Source: Camelus ferus
Lineage: Eukaryota
Assembly: GCF_009834535.1 (NCBI RefSeq)
Contig: NC_045697.1
Location: forward strand, 39,310,001 to 39,374,000
Length of the DNA: 64,000 nt
Direction of reading: 5' to 3'
Shown here: one piece after another, positions 42,045 to 54,769 of the stretch
Position numbering within the stretch: position 1 is the stretch's first letter
Layout of the letters: every line of letters starts with the position of its first letter
Program-made: the position numbers and the translations under genes
The notes under the pieces: model-generated
Databases searched by the model: none
What the model saw: the letters and a program-made list of their open reading frames with translations, nothing else
What the model was told of the DNA's origin: nothing

Positions 42045-43554
42045 CCAATTCAGATGCCTTTTATTTCTTTTTTTCTTTTTTCCCTAATTGCTCTCATTGG
42101 AACTTCCAATACTATGTTGAATAAAGTGGCAAGAGTGGGCATCATTGTTGTCTTGTTCTTGATCTTATAGGAAAAGCTTTCAGCTTTTCATCACTGAATA
42201 TGATGTTAGCTTTGGGCTTGTCATAAGTGGCCTTTATTACATTGAGGTGTATTCCCTTTATACCCACTTTGTTGAGAGTTTTTTATCATGAACAGACGTT
42301 GAGCTTTGTCAAATGATTTTTCTGCATCTATTCAGATGATTTTATGATTTTTATCCTTCATTTTGTTAATGTCATAGATATTGATCTGTGAATTTAAACC
42401 ATCCTTGCATCCCTGAAACAAATTCCATTTAAACATGATATACAATCCTTTTAATGTACTGCTGAATTTGGTTTGCTAATATTTTGTTGAGGATTTTTGC
42501 ATCTATGTTCATCAGGGATATTGGCCTGTAATTTTCTTTTCTTGTGGTATCCTTGGCTGGTTTTAGCATCAGGGTAATATTGGCCTTGTAAATAACTTTG
42601 GAGGTGTTCCCTCTTATTTTTTGGAAGAGTCTGAGAAGGATTGGTATTAATTCTTTTCTGAATGTTTGGTAAAATTCACTAGTGAAGTCACCTAGTCCTA
42701 GATTTCTACTTGTTGGGAGGTTTTGATTAATGATTCCATTTCCTTATTAATAATTAGTCTGTTCAGATTGTCTGTTTCTTTATGGTCTTGGTAGATTGTA
42801 CGTTTCTAGGAATTTATCCATTTCTTATAGGTTGTCAAGCAGAAGTTTCTTGAAGGCAGACTTCCCCAGGTTTTTGTGTTTGAAAGCTGAAAGTCATTGA
42901 GGGAGTTACGCTAGGTCATCCCTTTGGGGAGTGTGGTAAGAGCTGAATAACTTTAAGACGAAAAACTGAAATAGAGAAGAAAAGATAGAAAATTTCCTTC
43001 AACCAGGAAGGCATGGAGATTTGGACAAGTCCTGGGAAAAGCAGAGACCAGGGTCTCCAATCTCTGAAAGCATCTCAAAGAGAGGAATTAGAGAGGAAAC
43101 TCAGAGAGGAATTAGATGTGGGCCATACAGGTACACTGAACACCAGGCAGAGAGGTACCCCCCCACCTCCGAAAGAACAAGCAGAAGACAGGCACGAAAT
43201 AGTCAAACTGCCAGTCTTTGGGTGGGCCCGCGGGTTTGAAACCTAGTATCAACATTGTCTCATAAGATAAGGGAGTCTAGAGGCCTTTTCTCCATATATC
43301 AGGCCCCACACAAGCTTCCTGGATCCTTGTACAACTTCACAACAAGGAGGAAATTGAATTTCTCACAACTCTGATGAGTGGGGACTCAATCGCAAGCTTA
43401 ATTTGTAATTTAGTTCAGAAAAACAAAGGAGAAAATGTAAAGGGGAAAAATCAGCTTTTCTACCTCATGTCTGTCTTGAGTACTATCCAAAATTTTATAA
43501 AGGAAGTTAGAGGGAGATTCTGTCTAGAGTTGGGTTTTGTTGTTTGTTTTTTTG

Positions 43555-43556
<2 letters not shown>

Positions 43557-43590
<34 letters not shown>
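43557..43590 (+). repeat. Poly-T (34 nt) in a T/G-rich tract
   Basis: Seen directly. Confidence 0.95.
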
Positions 43591-43591
<1 letters not shown>

Positions 43592-44235
43592 GTTCTTGTT
43601 TTTCTGAAAAGAAATTAAGTTTCTGCTAAGATTGGGATAAAGGCTAAGTAGAGAACATGTAGAAACAGGTGAATTTGGAAAAGATTGTTGAGGTGATCAA
43701 GGAGGTTCTGACCCAGAACTTCCAGGAGATGCTAACAGCCTACTTGAGAATGGAAATCTGACTATTTGCTGGTATTAGTCAGACAAATGGTGTGACTGTC
43801 TCCTGCAGTACTCAGCCATGCTGTTGTAGGAGTGGAAAAAATGGATTGCTGAATTTCTCTGGAGTTGAGGTTTTGCTGAGAGGGCACAGCAGGAGAAAAG
43901 TGTGCCAAGCAAATAAAGGTGTAGGTGAAAGATTGTTTCTCATGATCAACTGTGAGCTGCAGATGGACTTGGGAAGGCAGATGGCTAAGAGAGGCTGATG
44001 GTCTGGTGGGAAAGCAGAGATGAAGACACTCGAGTTTTGTTGATGCTTTTTGTTCTTTGCTTTGCTCTTTGAAGTGGAACAGCAGTGCTGCAGCCACTGC
44101 CATCACAGTGGTAGAGCCTGCTCTGTCAGGAACTAAAGTCTAGACAAGATGATGGCCGAGGAAGGGCACTGTAATAATTATGTGTATTTTTTAAACATGT
44201 ATAGGTCTCATCTCAAAAGGTAACTTGCTAAGTCA

Positions 44236-44380
44236 GGGAGGGTATAGCTCAGTGGTAGAGTGCATGCTTAGCATGCACGAGGTCCTGGGTTCAATCCCCA
44301 GTACCTTCAGATAGATAGACAGATAGACAGACAGACAGACTGACCTAATTACCCCCAACCAAAATAAATTTTTTTTTAAA
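44236..44380 (+). mobile_element. tRNA-Ala-derived SINE (camelid Vic-1 type)
   Basis: GGGAGGGTATAGCTCAGTGGTAGAGTGCATGCTTAGCATGCACGAGGTCCTGGGTTCAATCCCCAGTACC, then an AGAT/AGAC repeat, ACCTAATTACCCCC tail and a degenerate TSD. Confidence 0.88.
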
Positions 44381-45343
44381 AAGTAACTGGCTGAAACATG
44401 GTTGATTTTGTTCAGCTACATGGTATCTGTTTTCTACACTGATACCACTGTAATAATTACAATGCCACCCTTCCCCTGAAGCCTTGACTATGAGACCATC
44501 TACTTTAATAGACTTGGATTTATTCATCTTATAAACCATTGTCTTCCAAAAGATTCATTAATTTTTCTTAATAAAAAAGGGGCTTCATTTCAACTACAAG
44601 CTTGTATTTAAGATGGCAGGTTTTTCATTGTAGGGGAGATTTTGGAGATAACTGTTTCATCTTCCTTTGAGGATACGCCTGTTCTAGTCTCATCTGTTGT
44701 TGACTTTTCAGTAAATGTACAATGTGTTGAAATGACAGCTGCCAAGGAATGCTGTTAAGCTCATTATGAAAACAGTCTGCATAACGCTAGAGGGTTGCCT
44801 CTCTGTGTGTCTTTCATTTAAATTATAAAATCAGTAATCCCTTGAAGCCTTTGGTTGGCCTAGACTATCAGTGCCTTTGGGAGAGAGATTAGGTGAGCAG
44901 CAAGCATGATTTTCCATTATTTTGAAGATGAAACAAGGTGACCAAGAACTAAATAACTTGTCCAAGGACAAAAAATGGCAAGAATTGGTGCAGTGTTCAG
45001 AATCTCAAATTTATAATTCTTTTAGCCAACATTCACAGGGTCTGCTTGGCAAACTTTTCCACTTCTCCTTCACCAGACGGGGAAGGAAAACAATCAACCT
45101 TATTTTTTTTCCTGAGAGAAAAGATCTATTTGTTAAATATGCTACCTAAAATGTAATTTTAAAAATTGATCATATGTACATCATTAGCAAAATGTGTACA
45201 TAGACAAAATGTGTGCCTACAGAGTGCCTGCTGAGCCTGGGGTTAATTTAATTTTTAAATTCAGAACAAACTAACATTATGTGCTCCTCATGGGATGCTC
45301 CAAAGATGCAATACCAATTAGGTAATATTCCTGCCAAAATGAT

Positions 45344-45685
45344 TGCAGTGGGCTGAATGTGACCCACAAAATTCATATGTTAAAATCCTAACCTCAGTGT
45401 AATGGTATTTGGAGGTGGGGCCTTGGGGCGGTGACTAGGTCATGAGGACAGAGCCCTCACGAATGGCAGCAGGCCCCAGAGAGCTCCCTTGTCCCTTCTG
45501 CTGTGTGAGGACACAGCGAGAGGACAGCTAGCTATATGTGAACCAGGAGGCCGTAAGAAGCAGGCCCTCACCAGATCAAGCCTGCCAGCTTTTCTTGGAC
45601 TTTCTGCCTCCAGAACTATGAGAACTAAATGTCTGTCATTTACAAGCCCCAGTCTATAATATTTCGTGATAGCAGCCCACATACT
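45344..45685 (+). mobile_element. MLT1A/B-type MaLR LTR
   Basis: CAAAATTCATATGTTAAAATCCTAACC, GTATTTGGAGGTGGGGCCTT, GCCTCCAGAACTATGAGA. Confidence 0.88.
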
Positions 45686-46035
45686 ATGGAATATCATGCA
45701 GCCTTTAAAAAGGAAGAAATCCTGTCACATGTAACAACATGAATGTACCTCAAAGACATTACACTAAGCATAAAAATATAGTCACAGCAGACAAATACTG
45801 TATCATTTCACTCATATGAAGTATCTATAGTAGTCAAAAATCATCGAAGCGGAAAGTAGAAGGGTAGCTGCCAAGGGCTGGAGGGAGGGGAAGTAATGTT
45901 TAGTGAGGATTGAGTTTCAGTTTTGTAAAATGAAAAAGTTCTAGACAACTTTTCTGTTTTTCTGTGTCTGTGGTAACAACAATGTGAATCTACCTAACAC
46001 TACTGAAACCACTTAAAAGTGGTTAAGATGGTAAT
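45686..46035 (+). mobile_element. L1 3' end fragment
   Basis: GCCTTTAAAAAGGAAGAAATCCTGTCACATG...CACTTAAAAGTGGTTAAGATGGTAA. Confidence 0.8.
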
Positions 46036-46039
46036 CAAA

Positions 46040-46780
46040 AAGAGACAAAAAATAACAATATCTGATGGTGGTAAGTGCTACAGAGGAAAATAAAGCTTGT
46101 AGGAAGAGCCTGGAAGCCTCCGCTGGGAGGTGGAGGAAGCCTGTGGTGCAGAGGATGCGGCCTTGGAGGAAAAGACTTGCTAGGTGCAGTTGGTCAGGGA
46201 AGTCCTCACTGACATTTGAATGACACTTAATCCACATGGATAAATGAGGGAAAAGTGTTCCAAGTAGAGGGAACAGCAAATGCAAGGCCCTGAGGTAGGT
46301 CACATCTGATCCATTCTAGAAACATCAAGGAAGTCGGTGTGGCTGGAACAAATGAGTGCTCGGGTGAGGGATGGGTGATGAGGTAGGAGACAGTGGAGGG
46401 GAGAGAAAAGCACAGGGAACGTCAAACCTGGATGCCGTCTCAAGGAGTTGGCTTTATCCCAGTGACACACGAAACCAAGAGCAAAGGCAGAAATGGGCGG
46501 AACAGTCCATAAATGATGAAGTAATCCAGGAGAGAAAATGGATTGAGGATCTATTTTGAAAGAAGGAGCACAGAACTATTCTGACAGACTGGATCTGAAG
46601 GAAAAGAGAAGAGTGAAGGATGAGGTTGGGGTGGATGGAGTGACCCTCTCCTAGGGTGTGGGAGGGGAGCCCGATACCCTGTTTGAACTTGGAACTTCTG
46701 AGATAACTCTTGAGCCTTCGTGGGGAGAGGCTGAGGAGGGAGCTGGCATGTGAGTCATGGCTTCAGCATGTAGGAGACGC
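46040..46780 (-). mobile_element. L2 LINE fragment
   Basis: CCAAGTAGAGGGAACAGCAAATGCAAGGCCCTGAGGTAGG. Confidence 0.75.
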
Positions 46781-47394
46781 CACGGTCCTGTCTGGTCTCA
46801 AGGGGCCTGTGCTCCATTCAGTGTCTCAATTTGGGGATGATTTGCTCACATCTGTCCTCAAAAACTCACTATGTCTCAAATCTTATGTATTACTCCTCTT
46901 GAAAAATAAAAACCCTCCAACATAAATCACAACTAAAACCCCAAACTCTTAGTCACAGCTGTAGACCAAGACCAAACACCAATAAAGACTAAGCAGTCAC
47001 ACCGGTCAGCTCGGCAAATGAACGCATCTGGGGGAGCTACCCTGCTAGAAAGAGCAGGCTCGGGGCCCTGCCTGCCGCTGGAAATGAATCCTCCGTGCGG
47101 GACGCAGGAAAGGAAACAGGACACTTGTACTAACATCAAAGCCGAGATGTACACCGCGGAGTTCAGAAATCTAGTTTCCTCTCCAGCTTCTCTGTCACTG
47201 CTTCATAAAGCACGTCATATTCCCGGCATTGCCTCTCCCCTATGTGACAGTGGCAAGAGGAAAAGAGACTGGGTTGTTTCAAAGCCGTGTATTTTAAATG
47301 TCTAGATAATAAGTAATTCTAAGTTAGACGGTAGCTCTGCTGGCATGTTTGAAGGACTTCCTGGGACATTTAAGAAAATATATCTTACTCTAAG

Positions 47395-47890
47395 AGATTA
47401 CTGGGTAACTCAAAATAGACCAATGTCTGTGACCAAGGTAGCTCCAAAATCTCAGTGGCTTAACACAAAGAGATGTGTTTCTTATACTCACACATAGGCC
47501 CCGTGCAGACATTCCTCGTCATCTGGCTTTCCTGGGAGGCTCCACCCGACGTGATGACTCGGAGATGCAGAATTCTCTCATGATGCAGAGCCAGACAGAG
47601 ACCCCTGGGCCTTGGGGGAATCCCTTCCAATCAATATTCTTTTTGTTGTGGACGTTGTTCTGCCATCTCACAGTCCTTCATTTCCAGACATACGGGCAGG
47701 GACAGACAGAGTAGAAGATGGCACAGGACGTCTGCTATCCAGGTGAAGTAGTGAAAGTCACTTGCATTTACTTTGCTTTAGCCAGAACGCAGGCACATGC
47801 TCACAAGGAGGAGCGAGAAGGCTGACAGTGTGGTCCTCTGTGTACACGGAGAACAAGATGATTAGGGGAACACATAGAGCTGTCTCTGCA
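47395..47890 (-). mobile_element. MLT1J-like LTR
   Basis: CCAAAATCTCAGTGGCTTAACACAA...TTTCTTATACTCAC. Confidence 0.6.
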
Positions 47891-49819
47891 GTAATTTCCT
47901 ACCTGGGTCTTTAATATATGGCTAGTTAGCTTGTCACTTAAGTCCAAAGCACATTTCCTAACAATTCTGGCCTCATTATTAAGGATCACGAAGATGGGTA
48001 GCCCAACATAAAATCTCTAACTTTCCATTTTAAAATTTCACAGAAAATAAGAAAGCATTTAGTTCCACATAGGGAGCTTCCTTCCATTTCTGGCACCTGC
48101 ATCTTCGGCCTAAAGTCCCCCAGCTCCTTACAAAATGTCTGGAACCTAAAACGCCAGGGCCTGAAGGAGTTTCAGCAGGAGTGTTTCTGGGAGAGAACTG
48201 CCATGGCAGAGGGTTTCTCGTGACGCGATGTGAGGCCAGATGACACGGCGTTCATGCAGCCAGGCTGGCACACAGCACAGGAATTCCTTCAAATCAATGT
48301 TCTTTTTTTTTTTTTTTCAAGTCCATTTATGTTGAAATAGTTTACAAACCACAAATTATAGAGAAGAACATAATGTCCTCTGTGTGTCCTGATTTTATTG
48401 GGCTTTTAGCTTTTTGATGATATAATGATCTCTTGTTATAGTTGGCACTTCTCTGAGGACCAGTGAAACTGACCATCTTTTCATATGTTTATTTGCCATT
48501 TGGTTTCCCTGTGATCTGCCAATCCAGTATCTTCTTCCCATATTTCTATTGTGTTGTATATATGTTTTTCATAGTCATTGATAGTCATGCCGAGGTGATG
48601 CTAAATGCTACATGGAGCACAGGTGGCAATGCACCACTGCTGCAGACTGGCCTTTCTCTTATTACCTTTACCTATTCCACTCTGGCCCCGAGCTAACACA
48701 CCTCACTGGGCACAATAAAATCCTGCATGCAACCAGGACCACCTTTCTGAAAGGCAGCCTGGCCACTGCAACTCTGCAGGGCTCCTGGAGAGTGCAATAG
48801 CAGAGTTTTCCTTCCAGTTGCTTACAGAACACTCCGCAAGAATCATTCTGATGAGTATGATGAATATCATTTTCTCTATTTCATTATATTTCCAGGGAAG
48901 TTTTAGTGCAGCAATGTCCATCATAGGCTGGCATCTTGTCAGAACCTTAATCCCGATTTGAGTTAGAAAAATCAAAGTTCGTATGAGGAAGCACAAAAAT
49001 GGTACAGGAAACAAGAAGATGTGAACAGAGAAGGGATGTCCATTTTCCAGCCATCTTGCCAAGCTGCCTGGGAAGTTTGTTGCATTTTGGGGGCTACTGT
49101 TTGCAAGTGTTAGCAGAACCTAAATAGAAAGATCTCCTGACTCCAAATGTGCTTAAAGCAAATATGCATAAGTATTTCTATTTTATTATAAGCAAACATG
49201 CGTCAAGAATTTATATTTTATTAACGCTATTGGAAGCCATAGTAACCCAGATTTCTACATCTAAAAATGCAAAATAGGTAGGTGGCACTGAATGCTTGAT
49301 AAAGTAGTTGCCTTGTCAAAGCCTCCCTTTATTCTCTTTTCATATGCAGAGACACCCATTTTATATTTGCTTTCCAGCATGAGCGGATAATACTGTAACA
49401 TATTTGCCTTCAGGCCAAGTAATTTGTTAAATGAGACAAACATCCACTGGCAGATCATTGAAGGTCACACCAGCTTAGCTATATTGCAAGAATCCTGTTT
49501 TCACAAAGACAAGCTTCATTCTTGATAGGAAAAGATTTAGTCTGATGCATAACAGAAACAGAAGAAAATACTTTTTTCCCCCTGCAGATATCACTTTGAC
49601 TTAGCTGCCTAAGGTAGTACAATAGAACACCCCCTTCCCCTCAGTCCGCTTGCCTTTGATGGTGTCTTTGGAAAGAGGGGAGGAGCATGGATGAAGCCTG
49701 TACCCTCACTGCTCGTTTGGATGAAGCAGTCTTTCTTGATAAGGGGAGGGGTTGAAGGAGCTGTTTCTCTTAGGGGAGTTTCAAGTTCAGAAAGCTCTGC
49801 TTAGGTGTGGAGGATCTCA

Positions 49820-50330
49820 CGGTGGAGAGGAGGAAAAAGTTTTCCTTGACCTAAGAAGGGTCTCTGGCTGCGTCTGAAAATTAAACTGACAAAAACAGAT
49901 TAACAGGAGAGAAGCACACACATTCACTTACAAGTTTTAGGTGATTCGGGAGCCTTCATGAGGAATTGTAAACTCAAAGAAATAATTATACCTGAGTTTT
50001 TTACGCTAGCTTTGATGAAGAGTGGATGGTCATGGAATATGACAGGTTAAGGATTATGAGTGAGTAAGGCAGACTGGGGGAAAGTTGCCAGGCCTGTTTG
50101 TTCAGATTCTTCTTGGCATCCTTTTGTCTTCAAAGGCTGTTCCTTTCCTTCAGATTTAGGGAGGGTACCTCTCACGTAATTAAGGGTTTTATGATCCGTT
50201 TCAGGGAAGAGGGTGGGGGCCCGATCAGAGTGACCTTCCTGCTCCTGCTGTTTTCTCTAACTCCTTCAGCTTAAAATATTTGACATGTCAAGTTGCCATA
50301 TTTTGGGGTGGCGTACCCTGAACCTCATCA
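49820..50330 (-). mobile_element. ERV1 solo LTR, MER34-like
   Basis: Minus-strand start TGATGAGGTTCAGGGTACGCCACCCCAAAATATGGC. Confidence 0.75.
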
Positions 50331-51962
50331 AAGGGAACCCTGCAATGTAAACTGACAAGGGCAAGCCACCAAGCTGCTGATGCTCCTCTAGTCTCCTATA
50401 GATCTTCCTAAGATTGGGTTTCTTTCTACAAAGTTCCACATCCTCATCATCCTCTGTCCACTAGAGAAGACTGCTTGGAGTCAGTGAGCTTTGCAGGGCT
50501 TAACCGTATGACCTCGGGCAAGTGACTTACCTCCATGTGTTTTCCCACCTGTTTGTTCAGTTCAGATTTGTCCACGCTGGACTTTCTTAAATTAAAGAGC
50601 AGTTCTATGGCAGAAAGAGGAGATTTCAGTTTAATGTGAAGCTTTTTGAATGTTCATTTCAGAACACTTACTAATTTTGAAACACTTGGCAAAGTAACAT
50701 TTCTTAGTATACTTTAATCAAGTCCAATAAAGGGATGAAAAAACTATTCAAAGATAGTAATTTGAATAATAATGGGAACAGAACTTTTAAGTTTTTCTTT
50801 TTGAGAATTTGGGTGTTTGAACTGTTGGCGATTCCATGTCAGCAGCGCCGGAGCCACTTCATTCCACTTCTGTGCTTCTGTTTCTTGGCTACCTGGGGCA
50901 GATGAGCGCTGACAGCACAGTTCTCGGGGAGGAAGAGCTTGTCAGACGCTAATGCAAAGATCTGCAAGTGAGCTTCCTGCAGCTCAGTGAGACCTGCACT
51001 TGGTTAGAACCCCTGGGAATTGATTCCATTGCCCCAGATAATAACTTGTTTCAGTATCGGGCCCCAAAGCTCAATTATATGGACAGAGAGACAGGAAAAA
51101 TACAGGTCACGTAACTGCTTTGCCCTGAAAGTTTCTGAAGAATTTTGACTCTTTAACATCAGCACGTGAACGGGAATCTTAGCTGACAATGAGGTGATAG
51201 CTCCGGATATTTGACAATTCCCATCCCATGTCTTAATGTACATTTCTGCTGTGCTAAACCTTGATATTACATCCATTGTGCAATACATCAAAGTACACAA
51301 ACCACTCAGGTATCGGTAGTTAGTGTCACACGGAAAGCTTAGCAAGCTTTCCAAACAGCTAATTCTTTAGAAGGATTGAAGTAGTAAGAATGTTTTCTAC
51401 AGAAATGAAAGATGCCATAAGAGTAGGTATCACCTACTGAGTGCTTACCATTTGCTGGGCACTGTGTGGAATGCTCTCTATATATGAACCTGGTATTAAA
51501 AAGTTATACACCTTTATAGTCTTAAAATCAAATTAAATTATAGACCAAATCCAATGCTGCCAAACTCACTAGGAAATTCTGTCTCCATCATTATTACTTG
51601 CCTGAGGTCACCCCCAAAGCACGTGAGGTTTATGTGATTTCCAGAAAATGGGAAACAGTCTCTCAGTCCGTTGGTCTACCTTTATTGCAGCTAATGTATA
51701 CACTCCTAAAATTGCTGAACAGGCAGTCTGAACACTTCTGTGCCAGCGTGGTTGTGAGGATGTTTCCAGGTTGGGAATCTGGGTGCCTGTGTCCAGCCTA
51801 CAAGGAGCACCATGGAAGTGCTGATCAAGGTCATGGCCACAGCCGTGGGTCTGGGCTCAGGTTCCTGCTCCTCCTGGGACCCTTCCAAGCCTGGGAAAAA
51901 CTCTCTCCTCCTTCCTGCTTCCTCTTCTTTCCCTTCCTCTAGTATATTTCCAGCAATGAGCT

Positions 51963-52420
51963 CAAGCTGACACAGACACAAAAAAGCCAAATACAGATTA
52001 ATAGGAGAAAAGCATACACATTTATTGAATATACGTTTTGCCTGACACGGGAGCCTTCCTAAGGAAATGAAGACCCAGAGAAACAGTCAGACCTGAATAT
52101 AGTGTGCTGGGTTTGATGAAGAGTGGATGGTCATGGAGGAGTATGCAAAGTTAAGGAAGTAAGTGTAGTAACTGAGGGAAACTTAGCAAGGCCTGTTAGT
52201 TCGGATTCTTCTTGGCATCCCTTTGTCTTCGGAGATAAGGATGCACCTTCCTCCAGGTACAGGAAGGGTACCTCTCACAGGAGGGTTCTCTGACCTGTTT
52301 CTGGGGAGAAGGGCTGGAGAGAATTTAGAATGACCTGACTTTCTCTCAAATTCTTTCAGCTTAAAATATTCAATCTGCCAAGGTGCCACATTTAGGGGCA
52401 GCATGTTCTGAGCCCTGTCA
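51963..52420 (-). mobile_element. ERV1 solo LTR, same family as 49820-50330
   Basis: Shared blocks such as TTTGATGAAGAGTGGATGGTCATGG and CAGCTTAAAATATT. Confidence 0.75.
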
Positions 52421-52619
52421 CCGTAAAAGGAAATTGTCCTCAAATCCCATCCCACCCTCTCCATGAAATGGAGGAATTTGATTCAGGCTGCCTTGCAGAG
52501 GAAGAAGAAGAAAGGGTAAGAGAAAGGGGAAGGGGAGGCGAGGAGGAAGAAAGGAAGGAAATAAAACAGTAACAGTCCCATTCCTGCTGATTTCTCTACC
52601 ATAAGGAAAATAAAATCTA

Positions 52620-52830
52620 AATTACTATCTTTGTGCCACGTGTATTATCTCATCAAAGACTCACAATAACCAGATGAGACAAGTGCAGTTTTAATTCTCA
52701 CTTTACAAATGAGCAAAGCGAGGCTTAAACAGTTTGTGTCCTGCTCTAGGATATACAGCTGGTAACTGATGAAGCCTGAGTTAAAAACCAGATCCACCCG
52801 ATTTTAGAACCCATTTTATTAACCACCACA
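52620..52830 (-). mobile_element. MIR SINE
   Basis: CTCACTTTACAAATGAGCAAAGCGAGGCTTA. Confidence 0.65.
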
Positions 52831-52959
52831 GATACACCTCTTTAGCAGAAACCTCATATAATTGTTTGAATACAGTGGTGTATCTAATAACATGCTCAGC
52901 TCCTGGAAGGTCCTCAATACACATTTACCAATTCAGTAACAAGTAAGCTATAGTTTCTT

Positions 52960-53211
52960 TTCTTTTTTTTAATTGATGTACAGTCAGTTACAATGTGTCA
53001 ATTTCTGGTGTACAGCACAATGTCCCAGTCATGCATATACATAGATATATTTGTTTTCATATTCTTTTTCATTAAAAGTTATTACAAGATATTGAACATA
53101 GTTCCCTGTGTTATACAGCAGAAACTTTTTTAAAACCAATTATTATATATAGTGGCTAACATTTGTAAATCTCAAACATTCTCACCCCCTTTCCCCGGTA
53201 ACCATAAGATT
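52960..53211 (-). mobile_element. Short L1 3'UTR insertion with 16-bp TSD (1 mismatch)
   Basis: TAAGCTATAGTTTCTT at 52944-52959 and TAAACTATAGTTTCTT at 53212-53227. Confidence 0.85.
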
Positions 53212-53515
53212 TAAACTATAGTTTCTTAATACAGTTTTATTTTTCCTAAAATGTATTTGCACTCAGTATGATTTCCAAAAAGAGTCTACCCCAAATAATA
53301 TTTTGTCAAAGAACAACCTGACAATATAAAATGTATATAACACAATTTTCCCTAAAACTTGAGCACTTTTAAAACCATCAACTCAGTGTCAAAGGATTGT
53401 GCTGTAAATTCATTTTAGCTGCTAAAAGGAGTACCAGAAAAGTTGTCTTTTGCCAAAGGTCAATGCACGGTTGGCCAGAATGGAGGCAGAATTGCGTTCA
53501 AAGTTATACTTAACT

Positions 53516-53585
53516 GGGCACTAGGCAATAAGCGAGGATTTTGTTTATTCGGGCACTAGGCAATAAGCGAGGATTTTGTTTATTC
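53516..53585 (+). repeat. Exact 2 x 35-bp tandem duplication
   Basis: GGGCACTAGGCAATAAGCGAGGATTTTGTTTATTC twice, head to tail. Confidence 0.97.
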
Positions 53586-54265
53586 ACACAGAGAGAAAAA
53601 GATATGGAATGATTCCAGGCTTGTGGTAGCTGTTTCTTTTATTTCTTATTTAATTCATCAGTACTCATCTTTTGACAAGGCTAGAATAAAACTTAATGAC
53701 TTTATCTATTAAAAAAGGTAAAGACTAGAAAGAAAAGTGGACCCCTACTCTTTGAATTTTCTGTTTATTTGTAATAACATAACATAAATTTATGCTGTTT
53801 ATTGGCTGTCATTCCTTTCTCTAAATTGGGTTCCTGTCTAAGCAGGAAAATTCCTTCTCCTGTGACTCTGCTGAGGCTGCTGAAGTTCCAGGTGGCGCTG
53901 GAGAAGAGTCATCATTTCAGTGGCTGCTCCTGATTGGAGCCAAGACTGAAATTGTTAACATAGATAATTTACAAGGCGTTGCTTACAAACTTCCCAGAAA
54001 TTCTCATTATATATTCCAAGAGTTGCTGTGTCAGACCCATCCAGAAGATCAAATTGTTCCTGCTGATACCATGCAGCCCTTACACCAAAGTGCCTAGCAA
54101 ACTTCCACAGCATCTTTTAAATTCTGATCTTGCTTTAGCATTCTCACAGATGGAAACTAAGTACAAAATGTTAACAAGAGCTCACTTGCTTTCAAGACTA
54201 CTCTTGGGCTAAAGCCTAAGTATATGCCAAGAAAGGAATTAAAAATAATCTACCCTTTGAGAAAG

Positions 54266-54769
54266 TGTAATAGAGAAGAAGAAATCTGACTCCATATTAG
54301 ATCTGTTCCTTTAGCTCTAACCCTGTGCTCTGTTTTGGGTGCTTAGTCATGCTGGTTCTGCACCTTTTGTAAAACAATGTTGCCTACAGCCTGAAATATA
54401 CAGGAGAGCCCATTCTCAAGGCTCTGACTTTCAAGGGTATAAAACTTTCCCATTCCTATAAAGATAAAAAGTTGCAGAATAGAAAATAACATTTATCTTG
54501 TGGGAGGTTTGGAGGGACACCATGCCCTGACCTACCTGGACAGCTGCAAGAACAAAGGATTCTGACACCAAGAAGTTTGCAACAACCAATCACTCCTCCT
54601 CCCCTTTTTAGTATAAAAGGAGAATGAATTTCGACTTGAGGAAGATTATTCTCCAGGACATTAGTCTGCCAGCTTTCCAAATAAAGTCGTTATTCCCAGC
54701 CCCAACACCTCGTCTCCCCATTTATCAGCCTGCCGTGCAGCGAGCAGAATGAGTTTGGACTCAGTAACG
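54266..54769 (+). mobile_element. ERV1 solo LTR with 4-bp TSD
   Basis: TGTAATAG...CAGTAACG (terminal CA mutated to CG), TATAAAA, AATAAA; AAAG at 54262-54265 and 54770-54773. Confidence 0.85.

Larger units (their letters stand above)
39553..42838 (-). mobile_element. Older 5'-truncated L1 (3'UTR plus ORF2 RT region) carrying two nested insertions
   Basis: Continuous antisense L1 homology, e.g. [36 protein letters not shown]. Confidence 0.92.

Noticed and set aside
44238..44309. Bona fide tRNA-Ala gene
   Set aside because: It has a SINE tail, a degenerate TSD, CpG-decay changes and a second family copy at 60392, so it is annotated as a SINE.
49820..52420. Two same-family, same-orientation LTRs as a single provirus
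   Set aside because: The 1.6-kb spacer has no gag/pol, PBS or PPT, and the LTRs are clearly diverged. Independent solo LTRs fit better.
53516..53585. 35-bp direct repeat as a CRISPR array
   Set aside because: Only two units, no spacer, mammalian context.
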